Source: Candidatus Krumholzibacteriota bacterium (GTDB taxonomy: Bacteria; Krumholzibacteriota; Krumholzibacteriia; JAJRXK01). From it: 64,000 nt of DNA. The stretch is from the NCBI GenBank assembly GCA_963806035.1, contig CAWDWO010000036.1:1-64000 (forward strand). Reading direction: 5' to 3'. The notes beneath the pieces were generated by a model that was not told where the DNA came from, searched no databases, and saw only the letters and a list, made by a program, of their open reading frames with translations. The position numbers were made by a program, and so were the translations under genes. Of this stretch, positions 9,554 to 18,642 are shown in pieces (the stretch's first letter is position 1; each line of letters starts with the position of its first letter).

Positions 9554-11656
9554 CAAGGCCCTGGGCTTGCTCCCCAGGATCGCGAAGACGCAGGCGACGT
9601 TGTAGAGCACCATCGCGTCGTTGGGGCGCAGCGCCATGGCGAGGCTCGCCTCGCGCACGCGTCCTCCGCCCGCCCCACGTGCGCGTAGTCGCCCGCGAGC
9701 AGGAGTGCGGGCGCGGGCATCCTCCGGCACCTTCTTCAGATGCGCCTCGAAGGACCTGGATTCTCTGCTGGACGTGATTCTGAGCGCCTCCTTCTTGCCC
9801 AGAGCGCCGAGGGCGTTGTGGATCGGCACGTAGACGTTGTAGTCCTCGCCCGCAGTGCGCGATCGCCGTCTCGGCGAGGTCGACCACCTCCTGGTAGCGT
9901 CCGGCCGCGAACAGAGCCCGGCCCAGCAGGTAGTAGGCGCCCTCGCAGTCGGGCTTGCGTCACGATGGCCTCGCGCACGCGCGTCGACCGCCTCGTCGTA
10001 CTTGCCCTCGGCGTAGAGGATCCAGGCCTGCGCCGACCAGGACCTCGGGCAGGTCCTTCCCCTGGGCGCTGGCCTGCTCGGTGGCCGCGATGGCCCGCTC
10101 GATCCAGGCTGGGCCGCGATCGAAGTGGTAGTGGTACTGGGCGCAGACGTTGGCGATCGCGGCGTAGGCGAGCGCGAAGTTCGGGTCCTGCGTGACCGCG
10201 TTCTCGAACATCTGCAGCGCGAACTCGAGATCCTGGCGCGTGAGCCGGCGGGCATAGCTCCGGCCGCGCAGGTAGAGGTCGTAGGCCTGCAGGTTGTCGG
10301 TCGGCTTGGCGGCCAGCGCCTCCTGCTCCTGGGGCGACAGCGTGATCCGCAGCGCCTCGGCGATCTTGCGCGCGATCTCGTCCTGGACCTCGAAGACGTC
10401 CTTCATCTCGCGGTCGTAGCGCTCCGACCAGAGCGGGAAGTCGGTCTGGGTGTCGACGAGCTGGGTGTTGATCCGCAGCCGGTCGCCGGCGCGGCGGAGG
10501 CTTCCCGTCGAGGACGTAGGCGGCGCCGAGCTGCTGGCCGATCTGGGCGGGGGTCACCGGCTTGTCGCGGAAGGCGAGCACCGTGGATCGGGAGAAGATC
10601 TTGAGGCCCTTGATCTTGGAGAGCTCGGTGATGATGTCCTCGGTGATGCCGTCGCGGAAGTACTCGTCTTCTTTCACGCCGCTGAGGTTCTCGAAGTAGA
10701 GCACGGCGATCGACTTGTCCGCCTGCTTCGGCCGCGTCCGCGCGCTGGAGTCGCTCAGCTCGGCTGCCTGCGCGCTCCCGAGTCGAGCTCGCGCTTCAGC
10801 CGCAGCAGGTCGGTCTTGAGATCGGTCGCGGTCTGGTAGCGCAGGTTGCGGTCCTTCTCCAGGGCCTTCCCGAGGATGCGGCCGAGCTCGGCGCGGCAGG
10901 CCGGGATTGACCTGCGCCGAGCGGCGCGGGCTCGCGGTTCAGGATCGAGTCGAAGACGACCGCCGAGGTGTCGCCCTGGAAGGGCAGCTTCCCGGTGGCC
11001 ATCTGGTAGAGCACGGCGCCGAGCGAGAAGAGATCGGTCCGCGCGTCGGTGAGCTGCCCGCGCGCCTGCTCGGGCGACATGTAGGACGACCGTGCCCGAT
11101 GGTCGACGCCGGCGATGGTGAGCTCCCGTCGGAGCGCATCGCGGTCGCCGCCGCTGAGGCTCGTCCTGCCGCATTGCGCAGATGGCTCGATCTTGGCCAG
11201 CCCGAAGTCGAGGATCTTCACCTGGCCGCGCGTCGTTGATGAAGATGTTGGCCGGCTTGAGGTCGCGGTGCACGATGCCCTTGGAGTGCGCCGACTCGAG
11301 GGCGTCGGCGATCTGGATCCCGATCTCCAGCGAGCCGTCTCGATCGGAATGCGCTCTCTGCGGATGCGCTCAGCGAGAGGTCTCGCCCTCGAGCAGCTCC
11401 ATGACGATGAAGTGCTCGCCCTCGTGCTGCTCGATCGAGTGAGACGGTGCAGATGCCGGGATGGTTCAGCGCCGAGGCGGCGCGCGCCTCGCGCTGGAAG
11501 CGCTCCAGCGTCGATCGTCCTTGGCCAGTCGGTCGGCAGGAACTTGAGCGCCACGTGACGGCCGAGCTGCTCGTCCTCGGCCTCGTAGACGACGCCCATC
11601 CCGCCACTGCCCAGCTTGGCGGTGATGAGGTAATGCGATACCCGCTGACCGATCAT
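9554..11656 (-). CDS. Hanks-type Ser/Thr kinase with TolB-like N domain and TPR repeats; heavily frameshifted and 3' truncated
   Basis: [57 protein letters not shown]...[24 protein letters not shown]-like [10 protein letters not shown]. Confidence 0.88.
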
Positions 11657-11841
11657 CGAGTGTCCCTTTTCCAAAGAGTAAATCGGACGTGCGAGTCGTT
11701 TGCCTCGCTGGTTAGAAAGACAATGAAAGCGCGCGCATACTCGAGCGCCATACTCTCGGTCGAAGAGATTAGGTCAAAATTGGTCCCGAGGGAAGCGGAC
11801 GACTCAAAGGGAGCGGAGAGCCGGAGGCGAAACGCCGCTGC

Positions 11842-12414
11842 TCAGCCGACCGGACTGGACAGGTCCTCGAGGTCTTCCTTTAGCGCGGCCCGCTGTTCGG
11901 AACTGAGTGCGGCCTCCACCTTCAGAGCATCGTAATCCGATCCAATGGCCGCCGGGAGCTGCCCCTTCAGGTCAAACTTCAGATACTGCACCGCACTCAG
12001 CCGATCCTCGCCCACCTGACCGGGGTCGAATTCAGCGTAGACCTTGCTTCCATCCTCGAGCTTCAGATAGATGTGGCCGGGAAGCTTGAGCCATTGCTCC
12101 AGCTTCTTTCGGCGCTCTTTGGGATCGTCGATCGTCACGAGCAGCGCGCAGGCCAGTTGTCCCTCGTCTCCGAGCAGGGCGTTATAGGTCTCCATCTCCT
12201 CGAGAATGGCCGACTCCTTGACGATCTGCTCGGCGCGCATCATCTCCTGGATCTGATAGCGAATGGTGTCGGCATTCTCGAAGAGGAAGACGAGGTTCTC
12301 TCCCAAGGCGATTCTGCGCGGCTTTTTGACCGGGAGAATCTTCTCCCGCATTTCATCACGCACATCGCTGTAACTCTGATAATCGAGAAGTTCCTCTCGC
12401 TTCACTTTTCTCAT
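11842..12414 (-). CDS. DUF3501 family protein
   Basis: [20 protein letters not shown] and SAVQYLKF motifs; lies downstream of rubrerythrin and the Fe-S oxidoreductase. Alternative GTG start at 12423. Confidence 0.85.
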   Translation of the reverse strand: MRKVKREELLDYQSYSDVRDEMREKILPVKKPRRIALGENLVFLFENADTIRYQIQEMMRAEQIVKESAILEEMETYNALLGDEGQLACALLVTIDDPKERRKKLEQWLKLPGHIYLKLEDGSKVYAEFDPGQVGEDRLSAVQYLKFDLKGQLPAAIGSDYDALKVEAALSSEQRAALKEDLEDLSSPVG

Positions 12415-12463
12415 CTCGTCCACACCTCTTCTCTTGCTCCATGATGGATCGCAGGACCCACCA

Positions 12464-13825
12464 TCATTCTTCGTCCTTTTTGCCTTCGATCGGCTGCGGA
12501 AAACCGTCCTCTTCGTAGGCGCGCGCCAAGATCGTCATGGGATGCATGGGCTTGCGACCCGCGTGCTGCGCGAATTGGATCGCAGCCAAGGGACAGTCGG
12601 TGCTCCAGACCTCCGCCGATCCCTGTTGCACTCCGTCGAAGGCGCGTTGACCGATCCGCTTCGACGGCTCGAATCCATGGGTGGTCATCGCAAAAGTTCC
12701 GTCGTGTCCGCAACACTCCAAGGTGGTCGTGGGCTTGACGCCGGGAATCTTGCGCAAGAGGTCGCGTCCCTTGAAACCCACCCCCTGCGCGCGCAGGTGG
12801 CAGGGCGCGTGGTAGGACACGCTCTCGCCCGGGCTGGATTTGAAGTCGCTGTTGAATCGCTCCTCGTCGCGCAGACTCCACAGATATTCGCTGGGATCCA
12901 TGACTGCTTCGGACAGCTTCTTGGCCCGCTCGCGGTCCTCTCCCTCGAGCAGCTCCGGATATTCGCGCCGCATCATCATGGAACAGGTGGGATTGATCGC
13001 GATGACCTTCGCGCCCTTCTCCACGAAGGGCATGAGGAGGTCCAGATTCACATGCGCTTGCTTTCGCACCGATTCCAGGTCGCCTCGCTCCCAGGCCGGC
13101 ATGCCGCAGCATTGCAGACCTTCCACGCAGCGCAAATCGACCTGGTTGCGCTGGAAAACCGCGACAGTATCCTGCCCGATCTCCGGCTCGTTGTTTTGCA
13201 CGTAGCAGGTTTGGAAGAGCACCGCCTCGCCCCCCGCTCCCTTCGAACTGAGACCCTTCGACTTCGCCCAGGCCTCGAAGGTGCGCGCGGCGAAGTCGGG
13301 CAGGAGCTTGCGGCGGTCCACGCCCAAAACTTTCTCCATGAACCAGCGATGGAGCCCCACCCGGTTCATGATGTTGGCCAGGCCGAAGCTCGCTCGGGCC
13401 ATGCTGCCGGCACGATCCGGCTGCGACAGCACTTTGTCGCTGAGCGAGAGGCCCCTGCGCCGCGCCCGCTGCGCTTTGTAGCGGTGTACCAGCTTGGGAA
13501 AATCGAGCTGATATTCGTGGCCATCGCGCACCGTGTAGGGGCACTGGACTTCGCACAGCTTGCACTGAAAGCAGTCGTCCATGACTGCTTCGGTGTCGCT
13601 CGCGCTCAGACCCCGTACGTCGCCGTCGTAGTTCTTGTCGATGAGTTCGAACAGGCGCGGGAAAGCGTCACAGTACTTGAAGCAAAGCCGGCAGCCATGA
13701 CAGATCTCGAAGGTGCGCGTGACCTCGCCCTTCAGACTATCCTCGTCCCAGTAGCGCGGATCGGAGGGGTCGTAACAGAGTCCCTCGGTGGGTTGATAGG
13801 AGATTGGACTGGTTGCATCGCCCAT
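12464..13825 (-). CDS. Rubrerythrin-associated Fe-S oxidoreductase (GlpC/HdrD-like, CCG domains)
   Basis: [39 protein letters not shown]. Confidence 0.9.
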   Translation of the reverse strand: MGDATSPISYQPTEGLCYDPSDPRYWDEDSLKGEVTRTFEICHGCRLCFKYCDAFPRLFELIDKNYDGDVRGLSASDTEAVMDDCFQCKLCEVQCPYTVRDGHEYQLDFPKLVHRYKAQRARRRGLSLSDKVLSQPDRAGSMARASFGLANIMNRVGLHRWFMEKVLGVDRRKLLPDFAARTFEAWAKSKGLSSKGAGGEAVLFQTCYVQNNEPEIGQDTVAVFQRNQVDLRCVEGLQCCGMPAWERGDLESVRKQAHVNLDLLMPFVEKGAKVIAINPTCSMMMRREYPELLEGEDRERAKKLSEAVMDPSEYLWSLRDEERFNSDFKSSPGESVSYHAPCHLRAQGVGFKGRDLLRKIPGVKPTTTLECCGHDGTFAMTTHGFEPSKRIGQRAFDGVQQGSAEVWSTDCPLAAIQFAQHAGRKPMHPMTILARAYEEDGFPQPIEGKKDEE

Positions 13826-13902
13826 CGATTCGCCCCTTTTCTCAGACGAGCGGAGCCGAAACGCATGATTCCGGCTCCGCTTCGCAACGATCGACTTGAA
13901 CC

Positions 13903-14322
13903 TCAGCTGATGCTCTTGAGCATCTTCTCGAAGCGTCCCGCGTGGGACTTCTCCGCCTTGGCCAGGGTCTCGAACCAATCCGCGATCTCGTCGAAGCCCT
14001 CTTCGTGGGCGGTCTTCGCCATGCTCGGATACATCTCGGTGTACTCGTGAGTCTCACCCGCGATTGCCGACTTCAGATTGTCCATCGTGTCGCCGATGGG
14101 AGCATCGGTGGCCGGATCGCCGGCGGGCTTGAGATAATCGAGGTGGCCGTGCGCATGGCCCGTTTCACCCTCCGCGGTGTCACGGAAGTTCCCCGCGACC
14201 TCGGGATAGCCCTCGACGTCGGCAACCTTGGCCATCCAAAGGTAACGCCGATTGGCCTGGGACTCGCCCGCGAACGCGGCTTTTAGATTTTCATGGGTCT
14301 TGCTCCCCTTGAGCTGTGCCAT
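13903..14322 (-). CDS. rbr: Rubrerythrin (short type, no rubredoxin domain)
   Basis: [33 protein letters not shown] and EKSHA diiron motifs; GAAGGAG RBS. Confidence 0.92.
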   Translation of the reverse strand: MAQLKGSKTHENLKAAFAGESQANRRYLWMAKVADVEGYPEVAGNFRDTAEGETGHAHGHLDYLKPAGDPATDAPIGDTMDNLKSAIAGETHEYTEMYPSMAKTAHEEGFDEIADWFETLAKAEKSHAGRFEKMLKSIS

Positions 14323-14403
14323 GAAACACTCTCCTTCATGATTATGGATGCGCTCGCATCCGAACCTAGTTGTGAGTGCAGCAGCACCCGTGAACAACAC
14401 TCT

Positions 14404-14862
14404 CTACTTTCGGGAAACGATCCCATCCCCGCGTTCACGACACGAGGAGCATATCACTTCGTACTCGATGTGCAGATCCACGAAATCGAATTCCTCGCTC
14501 TCAAACGGCGAGCCCACCGGCCGCGGCATGAGGGTCTGAGGTACGTCGAAGACTTCACCGCAAACTCTGCAGATGGCGTGATCGTGGTCCTGCACGGTGC
14601 CGTCAACCCTCAGCTTCTCGCGGGCTCCGCGAATGCGCCGGATCATGCCGGCCTGGAGGAAAGCCTCCAGATTGGCGTAGACCGTGGAAAGGGAGAGCGA
14701 GGGCATCCTGCCTGCGAGTGCATCCAGTACCATCTCCGCCGTGGGATGGCGCCGGTCCTCCTCGAGAACTTCCAGAATCGCCACGCGGGAGGCGGTGGGT
14801 TTGAGACCCGCGGCGCGCAGGCGCGTGGCGCGATCAGGCTGATGGGGTTGGTGGTCATTCAT
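14404..14862 (-). CDS. Fur/PerR family transcriptional repressor
   Basis: HPTAE, SLSTVYANL, HDHAICRVCG and CSSC; heads the rubrerythrin operon. Confidence 0.9.
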   Translation of the reverse strand: MNDHQPHQPDRATRLRAAGLKPTASRVAILEVLEEDRRHPTAEMVLDALAGRMPSLSLSTVYANLEAFLQAGMIRRIRGAREKLRVDGTVQDHDHAICRVCGEVFDVPQTLMPRPVGSPFESEEFDFVDLHIEYEVICSSCRERGDGIVSRK

Positions 14863-14878
14863 AGGAATACTTCCGACT

Positions 14879-14922
14879 TAGGAATTATTCCTATATCTAA
14901 CCCGCGCTTCCCTCTCTGTCAA
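14879..14922 (-). promoter_or_regulatory. Sigma70 promoter with an adjoining Fur/PerR-type 7-1-7 operator
   Basis: TTGACA at 14922-14917 (minus strand), 17 nt, TAGATA. Perfect inverted repeat TAGGAAT-T-ATTCCTA at 14879-14893. Confidence 0.7.
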
Positions 14923-15056
14923 GAGCCCGCGAGGACACCTCGTGCTCCGGGGCCGACGAGGGCCCCGCGCGCGCTTGCGAGCCCGGTGACCCGCGGCAGA
15001 AAGCAAAGGAAATAAAGGAGTTCCAGAGATTTTTGCAGGACAGTCCAAATAATTCT

Positions 15057-15069
15057 CAAGTTCTTGATT
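15057..15069. promoter_or_regulatory. Putative IHF binding site
   Basis: The minus strand reads AATCAAGAACTTG, matching WATCAANNNNTTR, inside an AT-rich patch. Confidence 0.4.
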
Positions 15070-15146
15070 AAACGGTCGATCTCTCCTCATGAAGGACAAT
15101 TGGCTTCCAGCACCGAGCACCCTCCAAACTGGGGAGTGGGTTCGCG

Positions 15147-15608
15147 ATGCTGGTATTGTCCCATGAGCTCCAGACGATTGGCAGCCCCCGGCGTGCCCTC
15201 GAGGCATCGCGAATTCCCCTTCCCAGTGCTTTTGAGCTCCGAAGTGCCCTGGCCTGGCTTCTAGGGGCACTGTGCTTGCTTTGTTTTCTCGAGGAATCTT
15301 CGGGAGCCTCCTGGGCGAGTGACGCACTCACCCGCGGAACCACTCTCGCCAGAGCCCGCGTCCTTCCTCTGCCTTCCGCGCAACGGATCGAAGCGGTGCA
15401 GGAAGACTGGGAAGAACTCGCTCTTGGTCTGCGGGCGGAGCTTCTGCGGGGAAGGGTCACGAGCCTCAGTGTGCAAAGCCAGCTCAACGACTTCGTGCGC
15501 CGCTGCAACGAGGAACGGATGAGAGACGGTGACCGCGCTCGTTTCGAGCTGGTTACGCCACCGGGGGAGAAGACCCCCATCCTTCAACTAGAATGGACAG
15601 GCAATTGA
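15147..15608 (+). CDS. Hypothetical protein, possibly exported
   Basis: 153-aa ORF with a hydrophobic stretch (LAWLLGALCLLCFL), overlapping the next start. No recognisable motif. Confidence 0.35.
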   Translation: MLVLSHELQTIGSPRRALEASRIPLPSAFELRSALAWLLGALCLLCFLEESSGASWASDALTRGTTLARARVLPLPSAQRIEAVQEDWEELALGLRAELLRGRVTSLSVQSQLNDFVRRCNEERMRDGDRARFELVTPPGEKTPILQLEWTGN

Positions 15609-16489
15609 ATACTCCAAACGAACACGATCCGAAGCAGTTCGAAGACAATTACTTCGATCGCCAATTCTGGAGGCTCTGGTTCCTCATGGTCGGAGTCTCG
15701 GTATTCACCACCGGTGCCCTGGCCATGACGATGCGAAGTCTACGCGGCATCATCCACCGGCAGTGGCCGTGGGGTGGGACCGAGGTGGTCCTACTGGTGG
15801 GCCTCTTCCTCATGGTCGCGCTCCTCGCCGGATACCTCACCTACCAGCAGAAGCGGATCCTCGCGCTGCGTTCCTCTCTCGAGCAGGTTCGCCTGAAGAA
15901 TGCCGAGGCGAGCCGTCGTCACCGCAGCCGTCTCGTGGCGTTCTATAGCGTGAGCCAGGTCTTGGCGGACACCAACGACCCCCAGATGGTCTTCGACCGC
16001 ATCACGGGAATGTGCAAGCACGTCTTCGAGAGCGAGCGCGTTTCCTTGATGCTGCTGGACGCGCGCACCCAGGAACTGGTGGTGCAGTCCGCCATCGGGC
16101 ATCCGAATCTCGATGAGGTCATCGGCTCGCGCAAGAAGCTCGGCTGCGGGATCTCCGGAATCGTGGCGCGCAAGAAGGAGGCAATCCTCCTGTCCGACGA
16201 AGTCTCAGCCGAGGAATTTCCGGGCCACGAGAGGAATCAGGACAGCATTTCCACCTCGATGATCGCGCCCCTGATCGTGCGCGACGAGGTGGCGGGAATT
16301 CTCAGCGTCGCCAATCACAGCTCGGGCATGCAGTACGATGCCGAGGACCTCGCGGCCTTGAAGATCTTCGCGGAGATCGCGGAATATTCGATTCGCCACT
16401 ACGAGCAGGCGCAGTGGATGCGGCAGACCATCGAGAGTCTGCGCGGCAAAGCCGAGGCCGAATCCGAACCCGAGTCCGCCGTGAGCTGA
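15593..16489 (+). CDS. Membrane-anchored GAF-domain protein with no output domain
   Basis: Two TM helices, then GAF (RVSLMLLD...GISGIVA...SMIAPLIVRDEVAGILSV), ending in a short coil. Confidence 0.8.
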   Translation: MDRQLNTPNEHDPKQFEDNYFDRQFWRLWFLMVGVSVFTTGALAMTMRSLRGIIHRQWPWGGTEVVLLVGLFLMVALLAGYLTYQQKRILALRSSLEQVRLKNAEASRRHRSRLVAFYSVSQVLADTNDPQMVFDRITGMCKHVFESERVSLMLLDARTQELVVQSAIGHPNLDEVIGSRKKLGCGISGIVARKKEAILLSDEVSAEEFPGHERNQDSISTSMIAPLIVRDEVAGILSVANHSSGMQYDAEDLAALKIFAEIAEYSIRHYEQAQWMRQTIESLRGKAEAESEPESAVS

Positions 16490-16558
16490 GTGCGCGAGTG
16501 GTCGAACTGCGGAAGACTATAGAGCTGAGCGCAGCGAGCGGCGGGTGTCCGGTCTGCG

Positions 16559-16936
16559 TCAGTGATCGCGCTGCTTCAAGAGCTTATCGATCGCCTCGAG
16601 GAGCTCTTGCGGCGCGAGTGGTTTGGAAAACGCGAGGTCGGCGCCCAAGATCTTCGCGGGGCGCAGATAACCCTGCGCACTGGCGCGGCCCCCACCGGAG
16701 ATCGCGATGATCTTCGCGTCCGGAAAGTCTCTTCTCAAATCCAGGATCGTCTCCAGTCCGTCCTTTTCGGGCATGATGATGTCGAGCACCACCAGGTCCG
16801 CGGGACTTTCGCGGTAAGCGGCCACTGCGGCACGGCCGTCCCCTGCTTCCACGACCTGGTGGCCATGAGACTGAAGCGTGCGCTTGAATACCTCACGCAC
16901 CTGCTGGTCATCATCGACCACGAGAATGCGTGCCAT
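16559..16936 (-). CDS. Single-domain response regulator (CheY-like receiver)
   Basis: RILVVDDD, LVVLDIIMPEKDG, IIAISGG, FSKP. Confidence 0.9.
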   Translation of the reverse strand: MARILVVDDDQQVREVFKRTLQSHGHQVVEAGDGRAAVAAYRESPADLVVLDIIMPEKDGLETILDLRRDFPDAKIIAISGGGRASAQGYLRPAKILGADLAFSKPLAPQELLEAIDKLLKQRDH

Positions 16937-18038
16937 GGAGTTCCTCCTCCCGGAGCGGAATCTGGATTTCGAATTCCGTCCCTTCTCCCAATGCGCTTCG
17001 AACTTGAATCGTGCCACCGTGCTGCTGAACAATGCCATAAACCGTTGCCAATCCCAAGCCCGTACCTCCACCGATTCTCTTCGTCGTGAAAAATGGGTCG
17101 AAAATGTGCTCCTGGGTCACGCGATCCATCCCGATGCCCTCGTCCCTGATTCGCAGGAATGCGCGTCGCACGGGCCGATTCGTGGTGGTCTCCTCTTCAC
17201 TCTGCGCGATAATAGTCCCGGTACTGACTTCAATGCGCCCACCCTTGGGCATCGCGTCCTGAGCGTTCAGGGCCAAATTCAGAATGAGCTGTTGCAGCTG
17301 ATTGGGGTCTGCGATCACCTCTGCCATTGCTTCACCGGGAACGAAGTCGACACGCATGTTCTCGCGCAGCACGCGTCGCAACAGACCCAGCGACTCTTCG
17401 ACCACGCCGTTGAGCTGGAGCTGCTCGAAGCTGTTGATTTGACTGCGGCCAAAGGCCATGAGACGACTCGTCAATTCCGCGGCGGATTCGGCCGCCATGC
17501 GAATCTTCTCCAGGTCCGCGAATGCTTGGGAAGCGGGATCCAGCTCATCCTCGACGAAGTGAACATGTCCGAGGATGATCTGCAGGATGTTGTTGAAGTC
17601 GTGGGTGATTCCTCCGGCCATCTGCCCCAGCGCTTCCATTTTTTGGGCATGATGGAGTTCGTTCTGCAACTTGATCTCCCGGCTCAGATCGAACTTCACC
17701 GCCACATAGTTGGCAATGCGCCCCGCTTCGTCCGACACCGGTGAAATCGTGGCCTTCTCCTCGTAGAGCGTGCCGTCCTTTTTGCGGTTGATCATCCGTC
17801 CGCGCCAAACTTTTCCACTGGAAATGGTGGACCAGAGCGCCTGATAGAAGGCAGCGGAATGCTGTCCGCTCTTGAGGATCCGCGTGCTCTGGCCCAAGAC
17901 CTCCGCGCGCGTGTAGCCCGTGATCGTCTCGAAGGCGGGATTGACGTACTCGATGATCCCCGTCGCGTCCGTAATGACCACGGTTTCGTCCAGTGCCTCG
18001 ACGGCAGTCAGCATTTGATTCGAAGAAATCTCCGGCAT
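16911..18038 (-). CDS. PAS-domain sensor histidine kinase
   Basis: PAS (YVNPAFETITGY...KKDGTLY), THDFNNIL H-box, NLALNAQDAM, DEGIGM, FFTTK, GTGLGL. Confidence 0.9.
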   Translation of the reverse strand: MPEISSNQMLTAVEALDETVVITDATGIIEYVNPAFETITGYTRAEVLGQSTRILKSGQHSAAFYQALWSTISSGKVWRGRMINRKKDGTLYEEKATISPVSDEAGRIANYVAVKFDLSREIKLQNELHHAQKMEALGQMAGGITHDFNNILQIILGHVHFVEDELDPASQAFADLEKIRMAAESAAELTSRLMAFGRSQINSFEQLQLNGVVEESLGLLRRVLRENMRVDFVPGEAMAEVIADPNQLQQLILNLALNAQDAMPKGGRIEVSTGTIIAQSEEETTTNRPVRRAFLRIRDEGIGMDRVTQEHIFDPFFTTKRIGGGTGLGLATVYGIVQQHGGTIQVRSALGEGTEFEIQIPLREEELHGTHSRGR

Positions 18039-18157
18039 ACAACTCTTCTCAAAGGTGGGGGATTCTCCATCGGACCGCGGCGGTCTGACTTCTCCAACGC
18101 ACATCTTGTCCAACGAAGCCGCGCCAGGCAAGCGGGCGTTCGGTCCAGGGGCCCAAC

Positions 18158-18192
18158 AAAAAAGCTCGGGGCAACCAAAGGATGCCCCGAGC
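18158..18192 (-). terminator. Rho-independent terminator
   Basis: Minus strand GCTCGGGGCA-9 nt-TGCCCCGAGC followed by T6. Confidence 0.75.
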
Positions 18193-18382
18193 GGAGGAGA
18201 CCTGAAGGGTGATGACAGGCCCGTAGTTTGCACCACGCAGCGATGGCCCGCGCCCTATCCTCCCATCCCGCCGGTGGAAGAACTTCGAGGGGGAAAGCAC
18301 GGTTGTCAGGTGGAACTCCAAGGCTTCCAGCACTCGAGAACACCCAGTGCTCCGTGCTCCCCCCTCAAGAATCGGCGGTTGT
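18158..18382 (-). ncRNA. Candidate sigma54-dependent structured small RNA or attenuated leader
   Basis: Bounded by a -24/-12 promoter match and a terminator. Long stem 18287-18302 with 18352-18366 encloses two small hairpins. No convincing ORF. Confidence 0.4.
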
Positions 18383-18392
18383 CCGTTCACAT

Positions 18393-18408
18393 TGCACAGC
18401 GGATGCCA
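18393..18408 (-). promoter_or_regulatory. Putative sigma54 (-24/-12) promoter
   Basis: TGGCATCCGCTGTGCA (GG-N10-GC), divergent from a sigma54 activator gene. Confidence 0.55.
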
Positions 18409-18503
18409 CGGAATACAGGACCCAAATACATTTGTAACTTAATATTTGACAATGTATTATGAAGACAGTTGGAGTGAGGAAAAGGGCGCAGGCGAGCAAA
18501 GGA

Positions 18504-18536
18504 CGATATTTCGCACGATACCGGGTCGATATTTCG
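18504..18536. promoter_or_regulatory. Putative enhancer (UAS) repeats
   Basis: CGATATTTCG at 18504-18513 and 18527-18536, about 100-130 bp upstream of the -24 element. Confidence 0.45.
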
Positions 18537-18642
18537 TCTTTACTGCAGCGCTCGCCCGCTGTTTCCTGGGGCGGAATTCCCCGCCCCGCGACCCAGGCTC
18601 GATCGGGCGCCCGGCTGATCCTAAGAACCACGGGAGGATGGC

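Noticed and set aside
1..11656. Mass pseudogenisation or programmed frameshifting in gshB, PBP1A, rhomboid, kinase and others
   Set aside because: The indels are scattered single-base changes with the family motifs still intact across frames and no consistent slippery sites. This is typical of long-read consensus error.
18200..18260. c-di-GMP-I (GEMM) riboswitch, suggested by GCAAACTACGGGCCT on the minus strand
   Set aside because: The upstream GGCAAAC...GAAA...GACGCAAAG architecture is missing. It needs cmscan before any call.
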